64,000 nucleotides of DNA from Candidatus Bathyarchaeota archaeon (lineage in GTDB: Archaea; Thermoproteota; Bathyarchaeia; Bathyarchaeales; Bathycorpusculaceae), in the NCBI GenBank assembly GCA_963827165.1, contig CAWGZR010000006.1, forward strand, positions 32,001 through 96,000, read 5' to 3'. Both the position numbers and the translations under genes were made by a program. The notes under the pieces were generated by a model. The model searched no databases. It saw only the letters and a list, made by a program, of their open reading frames with translations, and was not told the origin of the DNA. This document shows positions 39,674-50,034 of the stretch, piece after piece (positions within the stretch are counted from its first letter, which is position 1; the number at the start of each line of letters is the position of its first letter).

Positions 39674-41389
39674 ATGAAAACACATAACATAGGGAAAAAA
39701 GTTCAGCTAATAAACCTTAGAAAATTGGCGAAACCAGCCGCTCTTTGTATCAGCGCACTTTTCCTTATAAGCATACTATCAGCTTTTGCCTTTGGTGCAG
39801 GCCAAGGTGCATCAGCATCAACTACCATGTTTGGGAATACAGCAGTTGGATCAGTTAACAATTATTTTGGCACCGATAAAGACGCAAGCAGATTCCAACT
39901 AACCCAAAGCGGCCAAGTCCAAAGCATATCAACCTACTTCACCACAACAGGCTTTAGCGCCAAAGCAGCAATATACACAGACAACAACGGCGCACCAAAC
40001 ACCCTAATAGCCCAAAGCAGCAGCCAAACAGTCACCACAACAGGATGGAACACATTCACCCTCCCACAAAGCACCCTCACCACAGGATACTACTGGCTAT
40101 GCATAATCTCAAGCAGCTCATCAGCAACAGGAACAATGAGCTCCACAACCGCAAACACACACGCATGGAAAACAACCACCTACTCAAACGAGTATACATC
40201 AACTTTTGGAACCCCAACCGGATACGAACAAACCACCACAAGCATATACGCCACCTACACACCCACAACGACCACTACTACCGCCCCAACACTTACAACC
40301 ATGTTTGGGAATACAGCAGTTGGATCAGTTAACAATTATTTTGGCACCGATAAAGACGCAAGCAGATTCCAACTAACCCAAAGCGGCCAAGTCCAAAGCA
40401 TATCAACCTACTTCACCACAACAGGCTTTAGCGCCAAAGCAGCAATATACACAGACAACAACGGCGCACCAAACACCCTAATAGCCCAAAGCAGCAGCCA
40501 AACAGTCACCACAACAGGATGGAACACATTCACCCTCCCACAAAGCACCCTCACCACAGGATACTACTGGCTATGCATAATCTCAAGCAGCTCATCAGCA
40601 ACAGGAACAATGAGCTCCACAACCGCAAACACACACGCATGGAAAACAACCACCTACTCAAACGAGTATACATCAACTTTTGGAACCCCAACCGGATACG
40701 AACAAACCACCACAAGCATATACGCCACCTACACACCCACAACGACCACTACTACCGCCCCAACACCAGCGCCAACACAAACACCAGCACCAAGTTCACC
40801 TACTAGCGGGAACAGTCTAATTCCAATTAATGATGGGGACTGGTATACTGATTCGCAGTGGCTTCAGTGCCCGGCACTCAATGTCCAACTTGACACAACC
40901 GATACTTGTGGAGGCTCTCCCAGCTGGGAAATTACTGGAAATGCAGTTAACCTCGGAGCTGACTATGGAGGTCTAGGCGTTGCGCCAGGTGACCAAATCG
41001 TTTTTAGTTGTTGGATTAAGACTTCCGCTGCTACCCTTGGAGCTGACGTAGGTAATCCTCAAGCGGGGGGAGAAATCGGCATAGACATGTATGGGGCTAA
41101 GGGAGTAATATGTGGTCTTGTTACTCCGAATGGCGTTGGTAGTTCTACGAACACGGTTAACAACTATGTTACATTTGGAACTAACACATGGAAACAAGTC
41201 ACTATGAGCTTTACAATCCCATCTACCTATCAAGTCGAAGCTGGTTATGGTAATGCTTATCCAGCAGGTCAATCTGTAACTCCGACGTCAATTATTCCTT
41301 GGTTGATGGTTTGGAGTGATACGCAAGGCTCAAATGAACATGGAACAGTATGGTTCGCCGATACACAATTGACCATAACTGCACCATAA
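39674..41389 (+). CDS. Secreted Thr/Ser-rich protein with two identical domains and a C-terminal jelly-roll/CBM-like domain
   Basis: ATG 39674 after AGAGAGG, signal peptide, 2 x 158-aa repeat (AAIYTDNNGAP..L...GW......GYYWL), C-terminal FSCWIKT...W....FADTQL. Confidence 0.85.
   Translation: MKTHNIGKKVQLINLRKLAKPAALCISALFLISILSAFAFGAGQGASASTTMFGNTAVGSVNNYFGTDKDASRFQLTQSGQVQSISTYFTTTGFSAKAAIYTDNNGAPNTLIAQSSSQTVTTTGWNTFTLPQSTLTTGYYWLCIISSSSSATGTMSSTTANTHAWKTTTYSNEYTSTFGTPTGYEQTTTSIYATYTPTTTTTTAPTLTTMFGNTAVGSVNNYFGTDKDASRFQLTQSGQVQSISTYFTTTGFSAKAAIYTDNNGAPNTLIAQSSSQTVTTTGWNTFTLPQSTLTTGYYWLCIISSSSSATGTMSSTTANTHAWKTTTYSNEYTSTFGTPTGYEQTTTSIYATYTPTTTTTTAPTPAPTQTPAPSSPTSGNSLIPINDGDWYTDSQWLQCPALNVQLDTTDTCGGSPSWEITGNAVNLGADYGGLGVAPGDQIVFSCWIKTSAATLGADVGNPQAGGEIGIDMYGAKGVICGLVTPNGVGSSTNTVNNYVTFGTNTWKQVTMSFTIPSTYQVEAGYGNAYPAGQSVTPTSIIPWLMVWSDTQGSNEHGTVWFADTQLTITAP
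39824..40766. repeat. Exact tandem intragenic duplication, 469 bp (39824-40292 = 40298-40766)
   Basis: Identical at offset 474. Even the shadow ORFs in the track are duplicated identically. Confidence 0.92.
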
Positions 41390-41399
41390 ACAAAAATAA

Positions 41400-41438
41400 A
41401 ACGGACCCCTGACGGGCCCGTTCAAACCTGTTTTTTTA
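41400..41438 (+). terminator. Stem-loop plus T-tract terminator
   Basis: aacggaccc-ctgac-gggcccgtt followed by a poly-T run just after the stop at 41389. Confidence 0.55.
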
Positions 41439-41936
41439 AATAACCGAACACTCGTGGTACTTGTCAGATAGTCTTTAAAAAGAAATTCTACATGTGAAAC
41501 TTTCGTTCATTTCAACGAGAAAACTCAAGTTAATATTCGGGGATAAAAATTAAGTTGTTGCTCAGCTCAAATTCACGAAGTAAAGGTTACGAAAAACGAA
41601 GTTTGGGAATAACGCCGGTTCTGGTCTTTTTCAGCTACTTGCCTAAGTCTCGGTTAGTTAAACTGCTGAGCATATGATGAAAATCGCCTTCACAAGCATT
41701 TCTAAATAAAGATGGAGAAAGGAAAAACAGACAACTAATCATTCTTCAAGGATGACTGCTCAAAAGCCGACCACCTAAATAATATTCTTTTCGGAAACAA
41801 GCAAAGTTGAAACGTATTCCTCGCACTCTTCAATAACTTTTTTGAATGCTTATGCCCAACAACTGGACGGACTTCAACTTTTGCGAAATAACCGTATATT
41901 AATTAAGAAACGTCTGATTAAATAAAATGCTTCAAA

Positions 41937-42995
41937 CTAGAAATGTAGCTTGGAAGCTACACGTTTGAAAATGCCAAAATAGAAACCGATTATTCTTGCC
42001 AAGGTGAACAAGACTACCAATGGATAATAAATAATTCGTCGGTCATGCACCTTTGTCCGTATCGCTGTAAACGTGAAATGACCCAAGAGTATCAATGCAA
42101 GAAGTAAAACAAACACAATCGGGGAGACAAACAACGTAACAAGTAAAACCAGAAATAGGATATTTGAAAGATAATAAGAAGCAAATAAAGATTCATGACG
42201 CGAATACTTTAGAGTTTTCCAAGACAGGAAGAAGGATACCATATTTGAGCTATTCCAAAATGCATGCTTCAACCCTTGCCTGTGATGCCAAACTAAGATG
42301 CTTGGATCACAACGCAGATTATATCCGTTTTCAACTAGGCGAATATGAAACTCCCAGTCTTCTCCTGACCGAAGCTTTTCATTTAAAGGACCAATTTTAT
42401 CAAAGATCGTTTTCCGGTAAGCAACGTTGCAACCCGCAATCTTTCCTACAGCTGAACGATCTAGAATAACAGTTCCCCCCATCTGTGATTCTAAAAATGA
42501 GCCTTCGACAAATCTTAAAGGATTGCTTTTGCTTTCGTCAGTAGGAGTTAGCTGCGCTCCGCCTAAGCACATCAACAATGGATACGCCTTGAAGGTTGAA
42601 TATATTTTACTCAGCCATTCAACGGGCGCTTCTGCGTCATCATCAATGAATACAACAATATCGGCTTTCGCATTCTTTACTCCCAAGTTCCTTGCTGCAC
42701 CCAACGTTCGACCGTTTTCTTTCAAAGTCAAAATGTTGTAATCTTCAAAAAGTTTGGTAAGACCAGCGGGGTAGATCGAATACACTAGGATCACCTCAAA
42801 CTGTTGGAATGTCTGATTTTGGAGGGATTTAATACATCGTTCCAGAAACACCGTTTTGTTTCCTTTGGTGGCTAGTACGACACTTAATAGAGGCGTAACA
42901 GCTTTTTTGGTAACTTCGTCAGGCATACACATTCGCTCTGCTTTTTGTAGGAATGTATTAGTTTCTTTGTACAACCGCAATTTAATCGTTTCCAA
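41937..42995 (-). CDS. Glycosyltransferase family 2 with C-terminal TM helices
   Basis: LSVVLAT, ARNLGV, FIDDD, GCNVAYR, GEDWEF. Confidence 0.92.
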   Translation of the reverse strand: METIKLRLYKETNTFLQKAERMCMPDEVTKKAVTPLLSVVLATKGNKTVFLERCIKSLQNQTFQQFEVILVYSIYPAGLTKLFEDYNILTLKENGRTLGAARNLGVKNAKADIVVFIDDDAEAPVEWLSKIYSTFKAYPLLMCLGGAQLTPTDESKSNPLRFVEGSFLESQMGGTVILDRSAVGKIAGCNVAYRKTIFDKIGPLNEKLRSGEDWEFHIRLVENGYNLRCDPSILVWHHRQGLKHAFWNSSNMVSFFLSWKTLKYSRHESLFASYYLSNILFLVLLVTLFVSPIVFVLLLALILLGHFTFTAIRTKVHDRRIIYYPLVVLFTLARIIGFYFGIFKRVASKLHF

Positions 42996-43131
42996 TTTAC
43001 TTTGCTAAGAAAAATTGTTGTTATTGTTTTTGTGTTGCACATAAAAGAAAGAATATTTGTGCGAAAAAACACTTATATATCATAACTTACGACATAATAT
43101 TCAACAATAGACCACCAAGGAACTCAAACAG

Positions 43132-43935
43132 TTGAAAAAAAGTAAATACTTTGCCATCATCTTGTGCGTCATATTATGCTACTCTGCGGTGCTTATAACA
43201 ACACGAGCACAAGTTTCAATTCAAGTCAACATATCATCGTCCGGAAGCATCGCGATATCCAAACCGAGCCCAAGCCCAACACCCTCACCGACCCCTAAGC
43301 CTTCTTCTACACCAACGCCGTCCCCAACACCAACGCCAACAGGTTCACCCAGCAACTTAGTTTGCATTAATGATGGGCAATGGTATGCAGATTCAACTTG
43401 GGGCTTAGCTCCCACCCTTAACGTCGCCCTGGACACATCTGCATCTGACGAATACCAAGGAAATCCCGTTTGGCTAATTACTTCAAACTCAGAAAACAGC
43501 GGCGTTGATCACTGCATCGACTCAATTGCACCCGGCGACACAATTTATTTCAGCTGTTGGATAAAAACTGGCTCAGCTACTCAATCGTCTGATGCGAATA
43601 ATCCGCAGGCAGGAGGTAGAATTGGTATTGACATGTATGGTTCAGGCGGTGACATTTGCGGTCTTTGCACTCCTGACGGAGTTGGAAACCCCACTAACAG
43701 TTATAATACTTATGTTGAATTTGGAAAAAGTACATACGCTCAAGTGACGATGCAATTTACTGTTCCAGCCACTTACACGTATGTGAACCAAGGACTAGAC
43801 ACGAGCTACAGCTCAGGTCAACAGGTTACTCCAACTTGGTGCATTCTATGGCTTCAAGTCTGGGGGCCAGGGTATACATCTGGTGAAACTGCAAAAGTTT
43901 GGTTTAGCGACCCCGTATTCACGGTAAATACATAA
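43132..43935 (+). CDS. Secreted protein with PT linker and the jelly-roll/CBM-like domain shared with 39674-41389
   Basis: Signal peptide, PSPTP linker, INDGQWY..APGD.I.FSCWIKT..NPQAGG.IGIDMYG..ICGL.TP.GVG. Confidence 0.85.
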   Translation: MKKSKYFAIILCVILCYSAVLITTRAQVSIQVNISSSGSIAISKPSPSPTPSPTPKPSSTPTPSPTPTPTGSPSNLVCINDGQWYADSTWGLAPTLNVALDTSASDEYQGNPVWLITSNSENSGVDHCIDSIAPGDTIYFSCWIKTGSATQSSDANNPQAGGRIGIDMYGSGGDICGLCTPDGVGNPTNSYNTYVEFGKSTYAQVTMQFTVPATYTYVNQGLDTSYSSGQQVTPTWCILWLQVWGPGYTSGETAKVWFSDPVFTVNT

Positions 43936-44063
43936 TTTTTTTAAAGCCTGTATGAAAGCTAAAATTAACAGCCCCGAGAAATTGTTTCAGTTTTTTGCTT
44001 GTCCTTCTAGAGCGCCTTTATCGGATAATTTTCGAGGCCTTTTAACTTGTAAAAATTATTGTA

Positions 44064-45620
44064 TCAATGACTTCTTATTTCGACAGAAGCCATACCGTTA
44101 TCATAAACTTTGTTTAAACTTTGATCTTGAATGACATTTTCCAAAGTAGTGTTGAGTGAAACGAACGATTGGCTTAGCTCCAGAGTATAAACCATTATGT
44201 AATCTTGGCTTACATAGGTCAAATCAGTATCAAAAAGTTCATAATTGGGTAATCTTGGGGATATATAGGTCGCTACCCTAAAACCCGCAACGATACGTGT
44301 TGATGTTTCCCAATTGTAATTATTAATCAAGTAATTTTCAGCTGTAAAGTCTGTTTTTGTTTGGTTCAGGATCTCAGAAGAAAATGACTGATGAATGGGA
44401 ATAAACACGAACAAAACAAGCAATATCATGAATATACCAATAAAGTATTTTCTTAACTTGGTTTCAAAAATAAAGGCTGTTCCTAGAGAAACTGGAATTA
44501 AAGCTATTGGAATTGCACGATAACCAAGAGTGTTAACAACTAACCCTAAAACTGTATAAGTCAAACCTGTCATGAGAATGGCTTTGTCAAGAAAAGTCAA
44601 TCTTTTTTTAATAAGTAGAAAAATGAAACCTGAAACGCAAGTGAGAACAAATACAACCGTTATAGTTCTCGAAAAAAATTGAGCTAAGACATCCGTGGGA
44701 ACTAGAACGGGTGCAAAAGTCCCTCGTGCTATTTGAGAAAAGGTCTGGGATGTAGCAAACACGTAAGAGATGTTTTGGAAAAGCGAAACTCGCGCAAGCG
44801 ATAACTGCACCATGAGATAACTAATTACAGAAAATAGAAGCAGAGTGCCAACGTAGCCGTATAATCGACTTCTATCAATAATACTCCGAATAAGCAGATA
44901 AATAATAAAAAATAAGGGGACAAAAGCATGAGTTAAAAGAAGACTGGCATACAGCAGCATTTGAGTTACTAATATGGTTGCACTTTTCTGGCGAGTTTCT
45001 AACATCAGAATAAGAAAAAAAATTGCAAAAGCGAGGGAAAAGGGTGCAGCTTGATAATCTATGAAGTAATAAATCGAAACCCAAAAAGCTACAACTGCAA
45101 AGAAAGCGCCATTCTTGTATCTGCTGTGAAGGTAAACGTACAAACTAGTTGTTATTAGAAAACCAAAAAGGCTAAACAGGATGAATTCGAAATCCGATAG
45201 AGATATCCCGCTTAATGACGTCCCAATGTAATTCAAAAGGAAAAAAGAAGGCCACTGGTAATACACATGGTTTGATTGTGAAGCATTCAAATTCTTTGTT
45301 GCTGCAAGATATTCACCAAACGCCCTAAAATATTCGGAATCAGGAGTTGGGAGATTCGTATAGAAATAGAAAAGTGAATAGAAGGTCAGTACAATGCCAA
45401 CAGCCAATAACCATTTCAGAATACTACTCTTTGTTGTTACTGCTATAAGAAACATAGAGCACAACAATAAAGGCAGACTAATCCAGTACAAGAAGTTCAC
45501 ATGGTTAAAAACGACGTCTGATGCAGAATTAGTTGAAAGAGGATAGCTTAGCCACCACGAATAAATCATGAGCGATAGGCCCACAAAAAAGGGAATAAGC
45601 AGCAGCCTATTTTTTTCCAA
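44064..45620 (-). CDS. Polytopic membrane protein (GT-C/polymerase-like)
   Basis: About 12 TMs, YYQWP loop, C-terminal NKVYDNG; located in the glycan cluster. Confidence 0.7.
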   Translation of the reverse strand: MEKNRLLLIPFFVGLSLMIYSWWLSYPLSTNSASDVVFNHVNFLYWISLPLLLCSMFLIAVTTKSSILKWLLAVGIVLTFYSLFYFYTNLPTPDSEYFRAFGEYLAATKNLNASQSNHVYYQWPSFFLLNYIGTSLSGISLSDFEFILFSLFGFLITTSLYVYLHSRYKNGAFFAVVAFWVSIYYFIDYQAAPFSLAFAIFFLILMLETRQKSATILVTQMLLYASLLLTHAFVPLFFIIYLLIRSIIDRSRLYGYVGTLLLFSVISYLMVQLSLARVSLFQNISYVFATSQTFSQIARGTFAPVLVPTDVLAQFFSRTITVVFVLTCVSGFIFLLIKKRLTFLDKAILMTGLTYTVLGLVVNTLGYRAIPIALIPVSLGTAFIFETKLRKYFIGIFMILLVLFVFIPIHQSFSSEILNQTKTDFTAENYLINNYNWETSTRIVAGFRVATYISPRLPNYELFDTDLTYVSQDYIMVYTLELSQSFVSLNTTLENVIQDQSLNKVYDNGMASVEIRSH

Positions 45621-45728
45621 TCTTTATTGGCACTTCCGTTTTTATTAGCATATTCAAACAAGGATAAATCGTGTTAATAGAATTATTTAGTGCGTCTATT
45701 GAACGAAAAAATATAGATAATAGAGGGT

Positions 45729-46448
45729 TTACCGTTGGGAGGTAATTTTTTCTTTAGGAATTCCAGCTGCAACTAGAAACTCTTGAAATGATTTGTAGAA
45801 TGGTTCTGAGGCTAAAAAATTCGAATAAGCAGATCCCAGCTGACTCTTAATAGGCAGATCGCCTCGATTGTAAGTTCTTTCAAGGAAAATTGGAAATTCT
45901 TCCAAGAAATCGGCAATCTGCGGGATTTTTTTTGTTTTACGATATAATTCTAAAGCATATGCTTTTGCTTCTTCAACATAGACAGCTTTTCTTTTTTTAT
46001 AATACTCTTCGAGAGTCATAATCACCTTACAAGGATTACCTACTGCAACGCAATTTGAAGGAATATCGTGAGTGACTACGGAACCAGCACCTATAATCGT
46101 ATTTTTTCCTATTCTCACGCCCTTCAATATTACGGTGTTAACCCCAACAAACACATTTTCTTCCAAAACTACTTTTCCAGAACAACAAAGCATTTCCCCA
46201 AATTTCTCGCGTAAGACGGCCCAATCATAACTATGCGTTAAAAGAACTACGCCATCAGCTAGAATGCAGTTTCGTCCTATTTCGACTAAACAAGGTCGTC
46301 TATTATAATCAATGGATACATGTCCAAAAAACGCTGTGCCCTCTCCAATGATAACGCCTTTCTTTCTCAGAAACGTAATATATAATCTCGGATCAGACAT
46401 ACAAATTTTTTGAAGAATTGTCGATATTAATCTGGAAACTGTATACAT
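45729..46448 (-). CDS. Hexapeptide-repeat acyltransferase
   Basis: LTH.YD, VFVG.N..ILKGVRIG..TIIGAGSVVT.DIP...AVGNP. Confidence 0.92.
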   Translation of the reverse strand: MYTVSRLISTILQKICMSDPRLYITFLRKKGVIIGEGTAFFGHVSIDYNRRPCLVEIGRNCILADGVVLLTHSYDWAVLREKFGEMLCCSGKVVLEENVFVGVNTVILKGVRIGKNTIIGAGSVVTHDIPSNCVAVGNPCKVIMTLEEYYKKRKAVYVEEAKAYALELYRKTKKIPQIADFLEEFPIFLERTYNRGDLPIKSQLGSAYSNFLASEPFYKSFQEFLVAAGIPKEKITSQR

Positions 46449-46673
46449 GCCTTTTCGCCTGTAAGCTTATTCCTCAAATTTAAATTAATGACCACCAAGA
46501 TAATATTGGTTCTTTCTAAGTGCTAATCACAAATATATTATTAATGAATTACAGCGTGAAAGTGGAAAGAGGTTGAAGATTTGATTTTATGAATTTAGGT
46601 GCAAGTGGCATTAGCATAGCCAGTGCGTTATTAGCATCAGCACGTCCTATTGCATTTAGTCACAGATAACGCG

Positions 46674-47888
46674 TTAGCATGCGTGATTTAGAAGATTTCG
46701 AATAATCCGCAAGTAATTCTCAGTGTAAGCTTTCGGAGAAAAGTTTTTTTCAAAAACATTTTTTATTTTCTGCGGCGACAGGTCTTTTTTCGAAAAATGC
46801 AACAAAATATCTTTAAGTTCAGTCCAATCATTAAAAATCAAATTCGGATCGACTTTTTCGATGATTTCAGGCAGTCCGCCTTGATTTGAACTAATCACAG
46901 GAGTGCCAACGGAGAGTGCTTCTAAGGCGACTAAAGGAGCGTTTTCCGGCCAGATGGACGGAATTATTACAGCTAATGCATTTGCATATAGCGAATATTT
47001 GGTCATATTGTCGACAAAGCCTAAAAATAAAATAGAGTCGCTTAGCGAATTCTCCTCAATGTAATCACGGATATAAGGGCTAAGGCTTCCCCCACCTGCA
47101 ACCACTAGTTTAGCATTAAGATTGTGCCTTTGTTCCTTAAACAGTTCTATAAGATTCAGAATGCCTTTATGCTTTTCTAACATGCCCAGAAACAAAAAAT
47201 AATTTTCGTATCTGGAAGAGGGAATATTGTCAGGTGGGTGTGGCACGAAATTAGGCAATGTGACACTTGGCACATCAATCTCTTGTACCAACCGCTTTCG
47301 AACATACTCACTGGGTGATATAAGAAGATCAATGTTCCGAACCGCCATCTTGAAGTTTCGACATGAACGCCAGATTTGAGGAATTCGGTTAGATTTAAGA
47401 GAACATGAAGAACAACTTTTTACGTTGCAAATCTCTTCCTGGTTCTTAAAGAGATTATTTGTCGGGCAGATTAACCAGTAATCGTGAGCAGTATATAAAG
47501 AAAGATAGTCTGATCTTTTTCTGAGGAGGTCATACCCCATGAGAGAAATATTGTGGTGATGAACTACATTTGGACGAACGTCCTTTAAAATTTGCGAAAA
47601 TTTGGCATCAACCCACAAGGAATTGCCAACAGTGTAAATCAATAAAGGATCCAAAGTGCCTAAAGGAGATTTGATAGCATGAACAAAGACGTTTTCTTGG
47701 CGAGAAACCACCTTGTTAGGCTGAATTTTACCCCGCTTTACCTTGTACGCATCCAAGCTATGTATTATATGAACTTCATGACCACGATCTGCCAGTTCTT
47801 TAGACAGGTACTCGACATGAGTCGCATCTCCACCAATATGATAAGGCGGATAGAAACTTGAAGAAAACAGAAATTTTAGATGCTCCAT
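46674..47888 (-). CDS. Glycosyltransferase family 4
   Basis: YPP..IGG, TAHDYWLICP, KG, PSIWPENAPLVALEA, GGLPE. Confidence 0.93.
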   Translation of the reverse strand: MEHLKFLFSSSFYPPYHIGGDATHVEYLSKELADRGHEVHIIHSLDAYKVKRGKIQPNKVVSRQENVFVHAIKSPLGTLDPLLIYTVGNSLWVDAKFSQILKDVRPNVVHHHNISLMGYDLLRKRSDYLSLYTAHDYWLICPTNNLFKNQEEICNVKSCSSCSLKSNRIPQIWRSCRNFKMAVRNIDLLISPSEYVRKRLVQEIDVPSVTLPNFVPHPPDNIPSSRYENYFLFLGMLEKHKGILNLIELFKEQRHNLNAKLVVAGGGSLSPYIRDYIEENSLSDSILFLGFVDNMTKYSLYANALAVIIPSIWPENAPLVALEALSVGTPVISSNQGGLPEIIEKVDPNLIFNDWTELKDILLHFSKKDLSPQKIKNVFEKNFSPKAYTENYLRIIRNLLNHAC

Positions 47889-48113
47889 CGGACAGCCTCT
47901 TCACTGAAATAGTTAAGTTAATCACGTTTCTAAAAAATGTTTGAAGACTAAAAAATAAATCGAAAATTATGGCTAACGAAGCCCAACGTTGGGTGAATAG
48001 TTGTTTCCGCTAAAACTCGAAATTTCCAGGTTAAAATACTTTTACCTTTCTGCATGTTCACGTTTCGGCTTCTTGCTTTTTTGATGTTTTGTGTTTTTGT
48101 ATTCTAAATTACG

Positions 48114-48638
48114 TTAATAGTTATATCCTGTGGTATTGCGTAATTTTTTAGCTGGGTTTCCTGCAACTATTGTGTTGGGTTCAACGTCTTTAGTTACTAT
48201 TGATCCTGCACCGACAACCGAGTTATCTCCAATTGTTACACCTTTAAGAATCATTGCTCTCATGCCAATCCATACATGGTTTCCAATCTTGATTGATTTG
48301 CTTACTGCTGGGTTTCCGTCTAATCCGTAACCGTCATGGTCTATAAGCAGAGCTTGAGCGCTTACTACGACATCATTTCCGAGCTCTATGCTGCTTGTGC
48401 AAGTAATTGTTGACATTCGAAAGTATGTATGGCTACCAATCTTTATTGTTCCTCCGTTGAAAGCAAATAGTTTTGATTCGTTTTCAATTATTACTCCGTC
48501 ACCAACAATAATTTTTCCTTCGTTGATTACTTTAATTTTACCAGTAACTAACAGTCTACCTTCTACAGTCGTAAATTTCCTTTTGTAGAATGGAGTTATA
48601 ACTCGTCTTTGAAACAAAGAAGCTATTTCTTTTTTCAT
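48114..48638 (-). CDS. Hexapeptide-repeat acyltransferase (maltose acetyltransferase-like)
   Basis: IGNHVWIG....ILKGVTIGDNSVVGAGSIVTKDV....VAGNPAK. Confidence 0.92.
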   Translation of the reverse strand: MKKEIASLFQRRVITPFYKRKFTTVEGRLLVTGKIKVINEGKIIVGDGVIIENESKLFAFNGGTIKIGSHTYFRMSTITCTSSIELGNDVVVSAQALLIDHDGYGLDGNPAVSKSIKIGNHVWIGMRAMILKGVTIGDNSVVGAGSIVTKDVEPNTIVAGNPAKKLRNTTGYNY

Positions 48639-48681
48639 GCTTCCAGTTTCACCTTTTTATGTTCATTTTTTTCAATTATTT

Positions 48682-49809
48682 TCACTGACCATGCTGTGCC
48701 CAAATAAGCGAGGCATATATTTTCTCAATCGTATCTGTTATCTTATTCCAATCATAATACTTCTCGACTCGGTCTATCGTCTTTCTTTCCATTTTATCAA
48801 CTGTCTCTGGATTTGCGAGAAGAAATTGGAGTTTTTCTTTTAGATCCTCCGAATCTCCATGTTTGAATGAAAAACCAGCATCGCCGATAGTTTCCAGATT
48901 TTCTGGAATGTCACTTACAAGTACACATTTGCCCAAAGCCATTGCTGTGAGCAAGGCAGGGGATGTGCCCTCAAGTTCAGAAGGGGTGACATAAAGGTAG
49001 GCACCTTTGCACAAATTCTCATAATCCTTTCCATATACGTACCCTAAAAACTTGGTATTTTTATTAGCGTTTTTTCTTAGAAGCCGCTCGTATTCCTTAT
49101 TATACGGGTCACCTCCAACGATAACCAATTCGAAATCCGTTTCGATTTTCTTAAAAGCCTCAACCAAATAATGAACGCCTTTCTCGTGCACTAACCTGCC
49201 TACAAAAAGGATGTATTTCTTATTTTTGAGGTTTTTACTGTCGAGAATTGTTTTATCAGGTTCTGATAGATCAATATTGGCCCCATAAGGGACATAAATT
49301 GGGGGCTTGCCGAAGTTCTTACAGTACCAAGCTTGTACTACTTTTGAGTCGACAATTGTGACATTAGGCAAATATAACGCATAACGAGCTGTAATACGTA
49401 GGATTTTTCTTACCCACAATGGATAACTCTTTCTATTCCAAACTAGACCATCAAGAGTAATTACCGTTTTTGAGGAAAACATCCTTGGAATAAGTGCAAA
49501 GGGCCAAGCATCAGAACCAAAAAGATGAACAACATCAAAATCCCTGTGTAATGTGTCAAAAGTAGAAACAAATGCGCGGAAAGGAAAATCCAGAAATTTG
49601 CTTTTTAGACAGCGGACATACAACAACTGCACACCTTTGTATGATCTCATCTGTGGTTTTAAATCCCTATATCCGCAGTATACAGTTACTTCATGCCCTT
49701 TTTTAGCAAGTCTAGTAGCAACTTCCTCGACACAGGTTTCAAATCCCCCATAGCGAGCGGGAATACCCATTGTTCCCGCAAAAGCGATTTTCAAAATAAT
49801 CAACACCAA
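48682..49809 (-). CDS. Glycosyltransferase family 4 (DUF1972-type N-terminus)
   Basis: GT.GIPARYGGFET, FVGRL..EKG, EGTSPALL.AM. Confidence 0.92.
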   Translation of the reverse strand: MVLIILKIAFAGTMGIPARYGGFETCVEEVATRLAKKGHEVTVYCGYRDLKPQMRSYKGVQLLYVRCLKSKFLDFPFRAFVSTFDTLHRDFDVVHLFGSDAWPFALIPRMFSSKTVITLDGLVWNRKSYPLWVRKILRITARYALYLPNVTIVDSKVVQAWYCKNFGKPPIYVPYGANIDLSEPDKTILDSKNLKNKKYILFVGRLVHEKGVHYLVEAFKKIETDFELVIVGGDPYNKEYERLLRKNANKNTKFLGYVYGKDYENLCKGAYLYVTPSELEGTSPALLTAMALGKCVLVSDIPENLETIGDAGFSFKHGDSEDLKEKLQFLLANPETVDKMERKTIDRVEKYYDWNKITDTIEKIYASLIWAQHGQ

Positions 49810-50034
49810 AATCCAAGATTTCCGATATCAGAGTTTGTGGCCAAAAGCTCGCTTTTTCGTTAACAGTTTAAGTAATTTTCAATAGCGTATTTACGCGTAC
49901 CTATAGATCCTTCTTTCATTAAATCCAAACAGCAATTCAAAGTGGCATTTTATATCAAAGGGTTTGGAATTGAGTTACTTTACTATATAGCGAGCAAGCT
50001 CAGTTTTTGCATTTGGCAATTATGCTTCGGACGT

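Noticed and set aside
40045-40806. Duplicated 95-aa and 63-aa alternative-frame ORFs
   Set aside because: By-products of the 474-bp-period duplication and the A/C skew.
16200-41389. Exact repeats as DGR template/variable repeats
   Set aside because: Copies are identical with no adenine-specific mismatches, all are in-frame domains, and there is no reverse transcriptase in the window.
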